Positions 24,436 through 36,481 of a stretch of 64,000 nt of DNA are shown one piece after another. This stretch comes from Camelus ferus (Eukaryota): NCBI RefSeq assembly GCF_009834535.1, contig NC_045696.1:74774001-74838000 (forward strand). Reading direction: 5' to 3'. The notes under the pieces are model-generated. The model saw only the letters and a program-made list of their open reading frames with translations. It searched no databases and had not been told where the DNA came from. The translations under genes and the position numbers were made by a program. The stretch's first letter is position 1. Every line of letters begins with the position of its first letter.

Positions 24436-24559
24436 GGGGGTGGGTGGGCAGGGAGAGTTAGGTTTATTTATTTACTTTAATAGAGATGCTGGGGACTGAA
24501 CCCAGGACCTCGTGCATGCTCAGTATGCACTCTACCACTGAGCTGCACCCACTCCCCCC
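24436..24559 (-). mobile_element. vic-1-like SINE (AAACCTAA..CCCC tail type)
   Basis: Antisense 'gaacccaggacctcgtgcatgctcagtatgcactctaccactgagct'; TSD atcaattcttt / atcaattattt. Confidence 0.9.
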
Positions 24560-25259
24560 ATCAATTATTTGATAAAGCTTCTTGTATATTTCTTTTCATT
24601 GTCATTGCTATCACCAAAGCTCAGACATATTTTTCTTGTTCCTTTAATTTGTGGAATTCTCCTCCTTTTCATTTGTATTTTTAAATTTTAAAATATTTTC
24701 CTTCTCTACATAATATAAGCAAAAAGAAGAAAGTTTAAGTATAGCTTATAATCCTGTCACTGAAGATAAATACTGTTAATGTTTTAGGATAATCTTCCAC
24801 TTTTTCCTAATGATATGGGGGAGGAGAGAAAATGTATTGTTTGCATTTACAAAAAGAGAATCATATTGTATATTTTGATTTGTAACATGCTTTTTTAAAA
24901 AAAAACTTTATAACATAAATCTCTTCCTCTGCTCTAAAGTTTCCTCTATAACATAATTTTTAATGACCTAATAGCAGTACGTTGCATTTTATTAAGCTGT
25001 TTTCAATTTTCAGGGTTAAGAACAGCTCTGACCATTTCAACATTATATCATAGTTCCTGAACTAGCTGGATTTTGTGGGCAAAATTATTAAATAGCTTTG
25101 TTTTTTTTTACTGCCTTTCAGATAGGACAGAATGGCAGCCCCTTCCCCAGCTATGGACATTATCTGGGCCAGATCTGAAAGATTTTCTTACAACTTTAAG
25201 GTATTATTACACAGTCTTGTCTTCATAACTTAAAAAGTTCAGTTGATCAAAATAAAAAC

Positions 25260-26300
25260 TTTAATCCCTCATTCAGTTTAAAGCATCTCTCTTCCACAGC
25301 TCTTCACCAGACCTAGGTTTGAACACTGGCAGTGAGGGGGTCTCCTTTTCTCTACCTCTCCCCCAATCATTTTGCTTGACTGGGACCACATTGGTTTAAT
25401 TGGTCAGGCTCTCTGCTTAACAGATGAAGTTACTGGCTCTTTCTCTCATGGGATGTTTTTGTGGGTTGTTTGAAGACTCCCTGCTAGAGGTCCCCACCGC
25501 ACTGTTCCCTGATGTGGGTAAGTGTCTTCCAGCTGAACCCACCACAGCTCCCTGCTTCTCTCCTTACATCCCAGGACCACTCTTCCTCTCAGGGACATCT
25601 CACCAGGCAGACAGACTCCTAGATGAAGATGCTTTAAGACAACTCACTAATGCAACATTGTAAATCAACTATACTTCAATTAAAAAAAAAAAGATGGTGG
25701 TGGCTTAGACTAGAGCATAGGAGGGGAGGGGTGAGAAGCAGTCAGATTCTGGATCTTTTGAAGGTAAAGCCAAGAGAATTAAAAAAGAAAGAAAGAAACA
25801 TATAAAGAAAGCAAACCTCATGCTGACCACGTACTGCGATGTCCACTCTGGTTCACTGGAAATACTCATATTTTTCCTCCAACAAATTCTGAAAGTGCTG
25901 GTTATTCCCACTATAACCTTCACTTCTCACTCTGTCTTCAGGGGCAACTCTAGTGAGTCCCTGTCTTTTGACTTTTCTAGGTGCAAGTCAGTCTCCAAGT
26001 CCTCTAGACACCTGAAGATCCATGGCAAGTTCTCTGAGATCTTCTCTTGCAGCTTCTTATCTCACTTAGGTAGGGGTGGGGTAGGGAGATTTCCATGCTT
26101 ATGCTCCAATAACTGTTTCCACCTCTGACAAGTCTCATCTTATCTATAGGCTGGAGGTAGGAGATAGGCTTAGAGCCACAAAGTAAGTTTTATAACCTCT
26201 TACCAGATCCTTAAAGCTAGGTCAGCAGTTCCTTTAGTTTATTACTTTGGGGCAATAGTCACAAAGACAAAAGGATATCATGCCATATACATTCAGAATA
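25260..26300 (-). mobile_element. Ancient Gypsy-type solo LTR (LTR85/MamGypLTR-like), interrupted at 25647-25808
   Basis: Minus-strand motifs 'gagaagcagggagctgtggtgggttcag..cccacaaaaacatcccatgagagaaagagccag' and 'gagaagatctcagagaacttgccatggat' recall these families. Family call is from memory. Confidence 0.4.
25647..25692 (+). mobile_element. L1 extreme 3' end with poly(A)
   Basis: 'acattgtaaatcaactatacttcaattaaaaaaaaaaa'; same end as 29210-29243. Confidence 0.8.
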
Positions 26301-27569
26301 AATGTTTTCTACTTATGATATAATTTACACATAAACTGGTTAGCATCAGGCCTAAGTGAGAGATGGGAGAAGGTGATCTCTAGTTACTTTTGTAAAAATT
26401 TACCTCTTTCTTACATCTAAGATAGCGACATAGAAGACTTTTACCACTATAAAAAATAATTTTTAAAAAGCACGGACTTGTGAAACAGCAAACAAGACCA
26501 GAAAGTTCAGAATTATGATTGATATGAATGAAAAGGATTATAATATCAAAGGAGAGCAGTTATGAAAACTGACCTGTCCCATCCATCCCTGGAAACTGTG
26601 ATCAACTGGGAAAAGGGTACACTTAAAAAGATCTGGGAGTTAAGAACTCAGCCATTCCCCAGTTTAGTTCAACTCAGCTTTATCTGTTATTAATCTTACA
26701 AGAGAAAAAAAGCAATGCAGAGACCTGGGAGTAATATTTCAAATCTTGGCTGCTAGCAAATGAAAAACAGATTGAACAAGTTTGGCTTGTGATTCATTCT
26801 ACAATTTAAAGCCCCTGCCCTTTAATTTAGTCCTTTGAATGCAACTGTAGTAGGTTTGCATCCTTGTATTTGGATAATGAGCCAACCCACCATGAAGGCT
26901 GAAAGCTGTGTCTGGGCTGCTTGCTGGCACTAGGTTGCACTGGGTGCAATGACATTATGCTCCCAACAGTGTTAATTATAAGGGTCTTAGAATAGAAACA
27001 TGGAACAGAAAATCAAAGATGTTTTTAGTTCACCGCTAGTAAACAGATGGCAAGCCACAAATGGCAGAGGTTCTCTTTGTTGGAGGTTAAACCACTGAGA
27101 TATTGACCAGCTTTTAAAGCCCAAGATATTTTAACCAACTGGGTAGTTGATAATAGGATTTTTTTTTCCCCCTGAAATTTAGTTCTGGAGTGCTTTCACC
27201 TAGACTTTAATAAGAGCAAAAAAGTGATGATTTTTAGAGTTTCTGTCACGCTGGGCTAATCTAATCCTGAACAGTATATCTACCGTAACCTTCTCTACAG
27301 CTCCCCCAACTCCGGAGGATTGATCGTTCCCTCCTTCTGGCCCTTCTCCTCTCTGAGTGCTCCTGTCACAGCACTTTCCATACCGTATTGTCATGATTTG
27401 GGTGCCTTAGTAGGTGCTCTGAGTTTGCTGAAATCTGTGAATGGATTTCAGTCTGTTATTTTAGATGTTTATTCTCTTAGGTATTACTGTAATTTTAACA
27501 TTTCTTTTCCTTCTAATTAGGTCACAAGCATTTTGAGCACAGGGACCTTTTCTTATTCATCTTTGTAAA

Positions 27570-28160
27570 AATTTCCATTTGGTTTTTTATATTTTCTATT
27601 TCTTGTCTGAGAATTGTTGTCTTTGTATATGTTTAAGAGTGTTCACCCTTACTTCCTAGAGCATTTTTATAAAAGCTGCTTCAAATAATTTGCCATATCA
27701 TTCTAACGTATGTGTCATTTTGGTGTTGGTATCTAAATGACTTTCTCTTCCAACGTGAGTTGAGACTTTACTGGTTCTTTCAATGCTGAGCAATTTTGGA
27801 TGGTGTTCTGGATATTTTGAATATTACAGGGCTCTGGGTCTTATTGAAATTTTAAGAGAATGTTCATATTTTTATTTTAGTGGATAATTGACCTAATTGG
27901 GTTCAGGCTGCAAATTTTGACCACACTTCTAGGTTTGGGGCTGCCTTCAGTTCAGGCTAGGGAATACTGAAGGAATAAAAGCTGGAGAGTCACCAGCAGC
28001 TCGGTGATACTTCAAATTCTGATCTTCTCCAGTCTGTCTGCTACTCTTTACTTTTCAAGTGTCCTAAAATAGCTGCTCCATGTGTACTGTTTAGATTTTA
28101 TAGTGGTATCTAGTGGGTAAAACAGAGTGAATTGTGCTATCTTGACCAGAACAGTACCTT
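27570..28160 (-). mobile_element. Old L1 5'/ORF1-region remnant
   Basis: 'aatttccatttggttttttatattttctatttct..gcatttttataaaagctgctt..ctggatattttgaatatta'. Confidence 0.55.
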
Positions 28161-29097
28161 ACTAAGTCATTTTTTTAAATGTGTATCTTTCATTTCTATG
28201 GAGGTTTTATAGAAGAAATGACCATACGAAGAATGGTTCTGAGTTTCTAATAAAGTCCTTATGATGTATCCTGATACATTGCAGGGTTTAAAGTGCTCTT
28301 TGCAAAGAATTTGGAAAATGTGGAAAAAGCACAAACCTTGATATTAAACAATCCTAGATCTGAACCTAAATTTCATAGAATGGAAAATGGATTACTATGA
28401 CATTCGCTGAAGGATAAAATCATACCATGTATGTAAATTCCCCAGCATACGTAAGATAGAAAATAAATGTTAATTCCACTTCCTTTTAGAATTCAGTATC
28501 AGGAAAAGACTGCTTGAAGAAATAGTATGTTTCTTTTGGTCAGATGGGAAGAATTATGCAACTTGTATTTTTCTTTATGCTTTGGCTGACAGGAGGCTCA
28601 GAGCTAAGTGTGATGAGCAATCAATATGTTCATTTGTGGAACTGGTATATTTGCCTCTGTGGAACAACATGGCATTTTATTTTCCATTTTTTAAATTGCA
28701 ATAGCCAAATTGTATAATGTGACTTTTACAGTAAACTATTTTAAGGTTTTTGGATGTAGATAGAACATTGCCATAAAAAAGCTAGTATAAACTATGCCTT
28801 TTATTTATATGGTATTACTAAACATTTTATGTTCCTTAATTGAAAGTCTGCAGTTATTTCCTTCTAAAATAGATCACTTCGAATTAAGATAGAGACACTT
28901 ATTTCAGAGTCATGAACACTTGGTCATGGAATAGTCACAGCTTACAACTGAAATTCATATTTTACAATTAGAGCTAGCATTTTAGATCTCAAATTGGCTC
29001 CTCTATATAAGCTACTTTTAAAATATTTAATATAAGATGTTGATAACATATTATATTTTTCTATCAAAATCAGATGATGTGATAAGATGTAGTGGTA

Positions 29098-29243
29098 CAG
29101 GGAACTATGTTCAATATCTTGTAATAACTTTTAATGGGAAAAATATGAAAATGAATATATGTATGTATATGCATGACTGGGACATTGTGCTGTACACCAG
29201 AGATTGACACGTTGTAACTGACTGTACTTCAATTAAAAAAAAA
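29098..29243 (+). mobile_element. Young lineage-specific L1 3'UTR end
   Basis: 'cagggaactatgttcaatatcttgtaataac..gctgtacaccagagattgacacgttgtaactgactgtacttcaattaaaaaaaaaa'; degenerate TSD aagatgtagtggta / aaaatgtggttgca. Confidence 0.88.
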
Positions 29244-30159
29244 ATGTGGTTGCATAATCTTCCTTCTTTCAAATGTTATTAGCATATTCATCACAGCTAA
29301 CAGTATGCCCTTCTTTGTTAAACAGGAGGAATTGGTTTAGAGTCTAAAGGCATTCACAGTAAGCACATGTTGGATTAAATGACTCCTATTTAAAATAGGT
29401 TTGGTTAGATTTTGAAATAATGAAGCATCTTATGCTACTGATGAAAGCTTTCTTTTCTTCTTTCAGATTTCCCTTAGAAGGAGCCATTTTTAAATAGAGG
29501 TGTTTTTCTAACTACAGCTTGATTTATGCCAATATGTTTTTAAAAGAGTTGTATGAGTATGTTGTAAGGCCAGATGTTTAAACAGTTTTCTTTTGTTTTT
29601 AATTTGCAGGCACAAGCTCACCTTTCACAGGGCCGCACAACTCCCTAATTATTGATTGACTTCTGTTTCTGAGGCCTTAGATTCTTCCTACCAATGCAGG
29701 TCATGGCAGTGCAGCAGTCTCTGTGTGCCCAGCTTACTGAATTTGAGGTAAAACTTTGCTTTTTAAAATGGGTTGGCCAAATTCTGCCTGCTAAGATCTC
29801 CTTTGGGCTTTACTGTACTTGTAATTTGCCACATCAAGTAAAATAGGATGAAAACCTGTCCTATGTCACCAGGAATTCTTCTCTAAATTCAGTTGGAATC
29901 CTATAATTTAGCTCATTGACTTATTGTAGGAAAAGTCAGTGATATTCTTGTTTACTTTTTGTATGTTCTTACTCTTGTTTAGCAGAAAGATATATAAATA
30001 GTCTTCAACTTTAGGCAAAAATTGGTGACTGTAGCTGGGAATTGGAAAAGCTTAAGAACCCCTCAAATTAATTTCACAATTTTAAGATGCAGCAAAATAA
30101 GCAGGGAAATGTTCATCTAATAGAGAATTTATTAAGTCAATCAATACCTGATTTTTTTT

Positions 30160-30811
30160 TATTTTATTTTTTAATTGTAGTATAGTCACCTTACAATTAT
30201 GTCACTTTCTGGTGTACAGCATGTTTCAGTCATATATATACACATATATATTCCTTTTCGTATTCTTTTTCATTATAGGTTACTACAAGATATTGAATAT
30301 TGTTCTCTGAGCTATACAACATATACTTGTTGTTTATCTATTTCATATATAGTATTTAGTATCTGCAAATCTCAAACTCCCAATTTATCTCTTCCTACCC
30401 TTTTTCCCCCTGGCAACCATAAGTTTGCTTTCTATGTCTGTGAGTTAGTTTCTGTTTTGTAAATAAGTTCACGTCCTTTTTTTTTTTTTTTTTTTAAGAT
30501 TCCACACATGAGTGATATCATATGGTATTTTTCTTTCTCTTTCTGGCTTACTTCACTTAGAATGACAATCTCCAGGCCCATCCATGTTACTGCAAACAGC
30601 ATTACTTTATTCTTTTTTATGGCTGAGTAGTATTCCACTGTGTATATATACACAAAACCTTCCTTATCCAGTCATCTGTCAATGGACATTTAGGTTGTTT
30701 CCATGTCTTGGCTATTGTAAATAGCACTGCTGTGAACCTTGGGGTGCTTGTATCTTTTTGAATTAGAGTTCCCTCCAGATATATGCCTAGGAGGCAGATT
30801 GCTGGATTATA
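30160..30811 (-). mobile_element. 5'-truncated L1 (ORF2 C-terminus plus full 3'UTR)
   Basis: ORF 30432-30653 gives TVEYYSAIKKNKVMLFAVTWMGLEIVILSEVSQKEKEKYHMISLMCGI (L1 ORF2p C-terminus); poly-T tail; TSD aatacctgatt / aatacatgatt. Confidence 0.93.
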
Positions 30812-31816
30812 AATACATGATTATTTTAAATTGTTTAACAGAAATGTAGCTTAAAGAATACTCATAATTAGTGGAAAGAAGGCAGTTACAGAACCCACAT
30901 CCCAATACATCCTCAAAACATTAGCCCCCCTGGCGCTCCTGTCATCCTGGGTTTGCAGTTTCTCAAGCCTCACACATTGTCTTCCAGATGACCCTTCTCA
31001 CAAGCTATCCCTCTTTGCCCTTTATTTTCTCCAAGTTTCAGCTTACGTATTACTTTCTGATCCCCGGGACTAGGTTCAACTTTGTGTTATTCACTTGCAG
31101 CTGGCAATTAAAATAATAGTGGGAGGTAAACGAGCTAGGTGGTTCTCAATCTCATTTTAGAGATGAGATAAACTGAGGCACAGAGTGGTGAGGTGATTTA
31201 CCCATGATCACAACAGTGAGTGACAGAACTTGATGAAATGTCTTTTGATGCTCTACAGCAAGTCTTTTGAATTAGGAAAATGACTCTTACCCTAAACATA
31301 AATAAGGTCCTCTAAACTTCCAAAGGCAAACAAATCTAAGGGGCTTGTAAGAGTTTAATTTGCCATCTTATATTTGGGTTAAGAGCAAAACATGATATAA
31401 TCGTATAACTGAAATATAAGTTTTCCAAAGAGTAGGAATAGCAGAAAGGGATTTAGGAGTCAATGAACAACAGCTTAAGTATGAATTTCATGTGATGATG
31501 TTTAAAGCACAGGAGACTGAATTTTATATGTTGGAAGACAATGCATTTCTGGAGTCAGAAGGGGGAAAAAGGCATTCCACATGGTACTGATCTAAATGTT
31601 AGCAGAGAAATGTGTCCTGCTTTGTGTTTCACAACTTCAGAAAAGAGCAGAGAATTCTAGTGGGGTCAAGGCATTTTACAAAGCTAATTATATTACTAGA
31701 AATATTATCTGAAATTTGGAAATAAGCAAAAGAGTTACCAGTCCAGTGCTAGGCTTGACTTTCTATTTCCAGGCCTATTTTGTAACTCTGCACATGCAGA
31801 GATTAACTTGCAGATA

Positions 31817-32433
31817 GAGCTGAGCCTCATTACTCCTGGTAGTGATGTTCTATAAAGTCTCCGTGAATACTAAATTGGCAAATATTATTTCTACAGGAAA
31901 TACAGTGTTAGGTTCCTGAAAGCTTCTGATCACAACATTTTCATTAACTGGTCAATATATGGCCTTGTTTCATGCGTGTTTCTCTTTAGAAACATCTTAT
32001 TTAATATATACATACATAATGTTAATTCATTAGCATTGAATCACGGCCAAAAGTATTATAACTCATGCTTGAACAAAACATAAGACACACCGCAGCATGC
32101 TTGCACTAGGAACGCTAGACAGCACTTTAGCACTATGCTTGAGGGCCATTTTAAACAGCAAAATCACCAACAGAACCACACAGAAGTGGGAAAAAAAAAA
32201 AAAAAAAAACACGGCACTAAGTAGGCTAGGAAAAGGACACTTGTTTACAGTGTTAGAGTTGCACCAAGAAGGCAGTGTCATTTGCTGGACATGCACGTCA
32301 GGCAACTCAAATTTTTCACTGCTCCATGCGTGTCCTTGAATGACCACAAAAGCGTGGTGAGTATTAATTTGGGGGATTACAGGTAAATTTTAATGAGCAG
32401 GCAATGGAATTCGCAAATAACAAAGATCGACTT
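31817..32433 (-). mobile_element. MER82 DNA transposon
   Basis: 'ggtagtgatgttctataaagtc..ttaggttcctg..gcactatgcttgagggccattttaaacagcaaaatcaccaac..gaattcgcaaata..gatcgact'. Confidence 0.88.
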
Positions 32434-34200
32434 TATTCATCCTCAAGAGATGCAAATAAGAACTACCCAGTGGAACGGAGTCCTGTGGCTCTACTAGGGG
32501 GTTAACCAACTTTATACTAGGACAGGATCAGTTAGTTTGCCTTTATCAGCCTAGTTGCTCATTTGCTCTTTGAACTGGTTTTAATATTCTTCTGGTTTCC
32601 TTACTAATTGAATTGAATAAAATCTTTGACATGTGTTCATTTTTTATTTCTCTGATAGTCACTTTTTTTAACAATTTGAAAATTGTACTCTAGAAATTTT
32701 CAGAGACTAAGACATTGAGAAAACACACCCATAACTGCTAAACAAGGGGAAAGAACTAGAAAAGTTCTAACGTCCTTTCTTTCTTCTAAATTCTGCAATA
32801 TTAGGAGACTAGACAGCCTTGAGAAGGAATGAGGGAGGGATAGTTCAGAATTATTCAAACTATATTGATTGTAATAAAATATTAAATATTTTTACTTTAT
32901 TAACATTTTCTAATCCTAATCTATGCAAGGACACTGTCAGAAAAGAAAAAATTCTCTTAAAGTTGAAATGGAAATAAGCCATCTAAATAATCTACAGAGA
33001 GTATCAAAAGATTACTTAAACTGTTATCTGGGAAAAGGTAACAATTTTTCAGTCTTAATAATAGAGGTTATATTTAGTATCATGAGAAACAGTTGCCTGT
33101 TTGTCACAGGCTTTCTGCCATTTGTGATTTCAATAATTGCTTCATCATATAAATCTACCACAGATTCCCCTGCTGAATTAATGAAGGAAAATGAAATTAT
33201 GCTGATTCTTTCTTTCTTTTAGCTTTAATTTCCAGACAACTTCGAGTGAAATTTGAAGCTCAACTATAACAACTATATAGTTTTTCAAGACCTGTGCCTT
33301 TATAAGCCTTTTCCTCTTTCTAATCTTATTTGTAATTTATTCTACTTAACTAGAAATCGACTAAAATATGTTTATAATGCACTATATGTTAATTAATTAC
33401 AAATTTATTACTATTTATTTATAATTTCCTCAATCCTAACTTTCTGTCTCTATTTTACTCTTTCATTTTACATGTCTTTTGTTGTCAGCCATACAATTCT
33501 GGAATTAGAAGGGGAAAAGTATTCTCCTTTGGGTAAGGAGACAGAGTATACACAGGAAAACAGACTAATAAAGGAAATAAGTAAATAGAGGAAAACATTA
33601 AATTGTCTTTTAGGTAGAAAGAGAACAAGCCATTGCTTTCCTGCAGGCAGAACTATGTCTACAGCTTCTTATATGGACACTGGCATCCTGGTTTTATGCT
33701 CATGAGCCAGGGGTGGCCTTAACAACTGGCCCTCTAGCTGATTATTGCTAGAAGAAAGGCTTCAGGCTGAGGACTTCCTATGCTTGACATGGTAAAGAAG
33801 AGATATCATAAAAGGCTCACTATCTTTTAGGTAGAGGAAGATAAGATATTTTACTTCTCAGGACTAACTTTATACCCCAAGGCCAGAAAGGTCATACCAA
33901 AAAATTGAGTTTTCCACCTGTCTGATGTTACCTATGCCACCTCCCTTGCTTGAAAAAGGAGGGTCATGAAAAGCCTTAGAAATATGCCAAAATTACTCAG
34001 AAATATAAATTGTTTAAATTTTGACTTACAAAACTGAAGATTAGCTGCATTGAAGAGTAACTGTAAGGGTAGAAGTGGCTCCACCCTTGAGGACAGCAGA
34101 ACTTAGTAGCCTCAGTGCCTCAGATTCTTGGTGGGAGTGGGGGATTATGAGGAGATGGCGAGAAGGTGCATTCTGTCTTTTAAAAGTAATTATTTTCAGT

Positions 34201-34262
34201 GGAGGAGGGTTTAGCTCATGCTTAGCATGCATGAGGTCCTGGGTTCAATCCCAGTCCCTCCA
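34201..34262 (+). mobile_element. vic-1-like SINE with 13-nt internal deletion
   Basis: ggaggagggtttagctca|tgcttagcatgcatgaggtcctgggttcaatccc; gtggtagagcgca is missing. Confidence 0.85.
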
Positions 34263-34334
34263 AGAAAAGAACGAAAGAAAGGAAGAAAGGAAGAAAGAAA
34301 GAAAGAAAAAAGAAAGAAAGGAAGGAAGAAAAAG
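34262..34334 (+). repeat. (GAAA/GGAA)n compound microsatellite derived from the SINE tail
   Basis: Seen directly in the sequence. Confidence 0.9.
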
Positions 34335-36283
34335 AAAAGAAGAAAGGAAGAAACATATGTTCATATTTCAAGATTTTGAAAAATTTAGTAAAGGTCACAG
34401 AAGAATACAAAAATCACTTGCCACACTATCACTCAAGAGATAACCTATACTAACATTTTACTGTCTTTCTAGCCTTCTAAACTTTGTTCAAGTATGCATA
34501 TATTCCCCCTCTGAGGAGCTATGGTGTTACAAAAAGATCATTTAAAGAAGGAATCATACTTTTACATGTAGATGATAAATAAATGTTTGATTGAAACTTG
34601 ATTTCTAAAAGGAGAAGATTATGAAACTAAATTCAATTTATCTCATACTGAACAAAATTTAGGTTGGAGTTGAAATTATGCATGAAATCTTACCATGAAT
34701 CAAGCTCTTGACTTTGTTTTGGAGCAATTGATTGAACAAAATATAATTGATACTTGCAGCATAATTAAAAAGATAGTTCATTGGTTTAATAATTAAATCA
34801 TTCTTTTCACAAGTTCCTGTTGTGTTATGACTCTCATCTACTTTCTTTTCTTTAATTAACAAGTTTAATCTTAAATTGTGTCAGATTTGCATTATCAATA
34901 ACTTCGTCTATCTTTGAAAAATTAGAGGGAGGGAGGGAGGTAAGAATCTTTATTTCCTAAGACTAATTTTACAGCTACAGACCTCATGGAATTTTGGCAC
35001 CTTTAACAAGGTTTGCAACCTTCATTTTCAATCAGGTTGCACTGTATTCCCATTCTTTTAGCAGATGTTTACTGTATCTAAAAATCAGATGGAGATGACT
35101 GACCAAGTTGTAGATGCCATGTACAAGGAAAGAAAGACCAGTGTTAAATATGTGGGAATTTGAGCAGTGATTTCATTAGTGAATATTTTCATGTGATAAT
35201 AAATTCTGCTTCTTTTCACCATATCTTATGTGTATGGACTTGGATAATAAACACAGACCCCTCTGTACTTGATAACAGTACCAAGTAGTGGGTGGAGATG
35301 TGCATGGTGTGAGATAGGGGATGTGCAGGAGAGAAACTGTTTCCCAGGCTTCTCCTAGAGGAAGCCAGGACCTTGGGAATGACAGGCTGGTTTATGATGG
35401 AAAGAAGGAAAAATAAAGACAGTGAGACTTAAAGGGAGACAGCATAAGAAAAGGTGTTCAGAGCTGTGCACCAGGAGACTGTTACCACAGGGGATTGGAA
35501 TAGCTGGGTTCAGCTGCCAGGTGTATCCAACGCCTTGAAGCAAGTCAATTCCCCCAGGGGCGCTTGTTATCCTTTGTAAAATGAAGGGCTGAACTGCACA
35601 AGATCCTTAGGATTTATTATGTTTCTAAAAATTCTGTAATTCTATGACCTGAGAATGTGCAATATTTCTAAGGGATGCTGGAGCACTTAAGAAGATTTGA
35701 AAACTGTAATAATGTGATATTTGCTATTTTAAAAGAGTTTATAGCTATTTGAGTATTTTTTCTAATACATGCTCTCATACTTTTTGCACTCAAATCTTTC
35801 GTCTATTTTTAATTGAACTAATTAATTAGCTCGTAGGATGCCTTTATGTGGAATAGGAAAACTCCTTCTTTAGCTTGGCAAAATGACAAGGCTTTTTTTT
35901 TTCAGTTTAGGTACTCCTTCCACTGGATAGACAAAGCCAAATTATCCCTGTCCTGGGCTCTTAACCTGGAAGCGGTAGCCCTCTGATTAACAATCGTATT
36001 TGATTTTCTCTCAAATAATTTTTCAATTTCTACATGAAGTAAACATAAAAATGTTAAGATATCCGAATGGTTATAGGAGACAAACACAAGTATAGATAGG
36101 AAATTTGGTCAGATGGTACCTGGAGATACATGTTGAGAGAAGAGAATTCCAGCCATTCAAAAACAAGTGGGCACATGAGATTATATAGAATCACTTGTTA
36201 AAGGCTAAAATTGAGGTGTATCTTATAAATCGACATTATCATAGTACACATGCAGCTTTACACTGGTTTTAAAGACTTCTTGA

Positions 36284-36481
36284 TTCCTAGAAACATACAA
36301 ACTACTATGACTGAATCATGAAGAAATAGAAAATCTGAACAGACTGATTCCTAGTAAGGAGATTGAATCAGTAATCAAAAACCTCCCAAGAAACAAAAGT
36401 CCAGGACCAGATGATTTCACTGGTGAAATTTACCAAACTTTTAAAGAAGAATTAATACCAATTCTACTCAAACTCTTAAAA
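36284..36481 (+). mobile_element. Internal L1 ORF2 fragment with apparent TSD
   Basis: Translates [63 protein letters not shown] (region leading into the RT domain). Confidence 0.92.

Noticed and set aside
25820..26130. Protein-looking minus-strand translations (DKKLQEKISENLPW..., QNLLEEKYEYFQ)
   Set aside because: Interrupted by stops and frame changes, no family recognised, and better explained as purine-rich ancient LTR sequence.
30432..30653. Protein-like ORFs here and at 38177-38365 and 44273-44744
   Set aside because: They are L1 ORF2 or 3'UTR remnants, not host genes.
7935..32433. ~600-bp similarity between 7.9-8.6 kb and 31.8-32.4 kb
   Set aside because: Two independent MER82 copies with unrelated flanks; not a segmental duplication.
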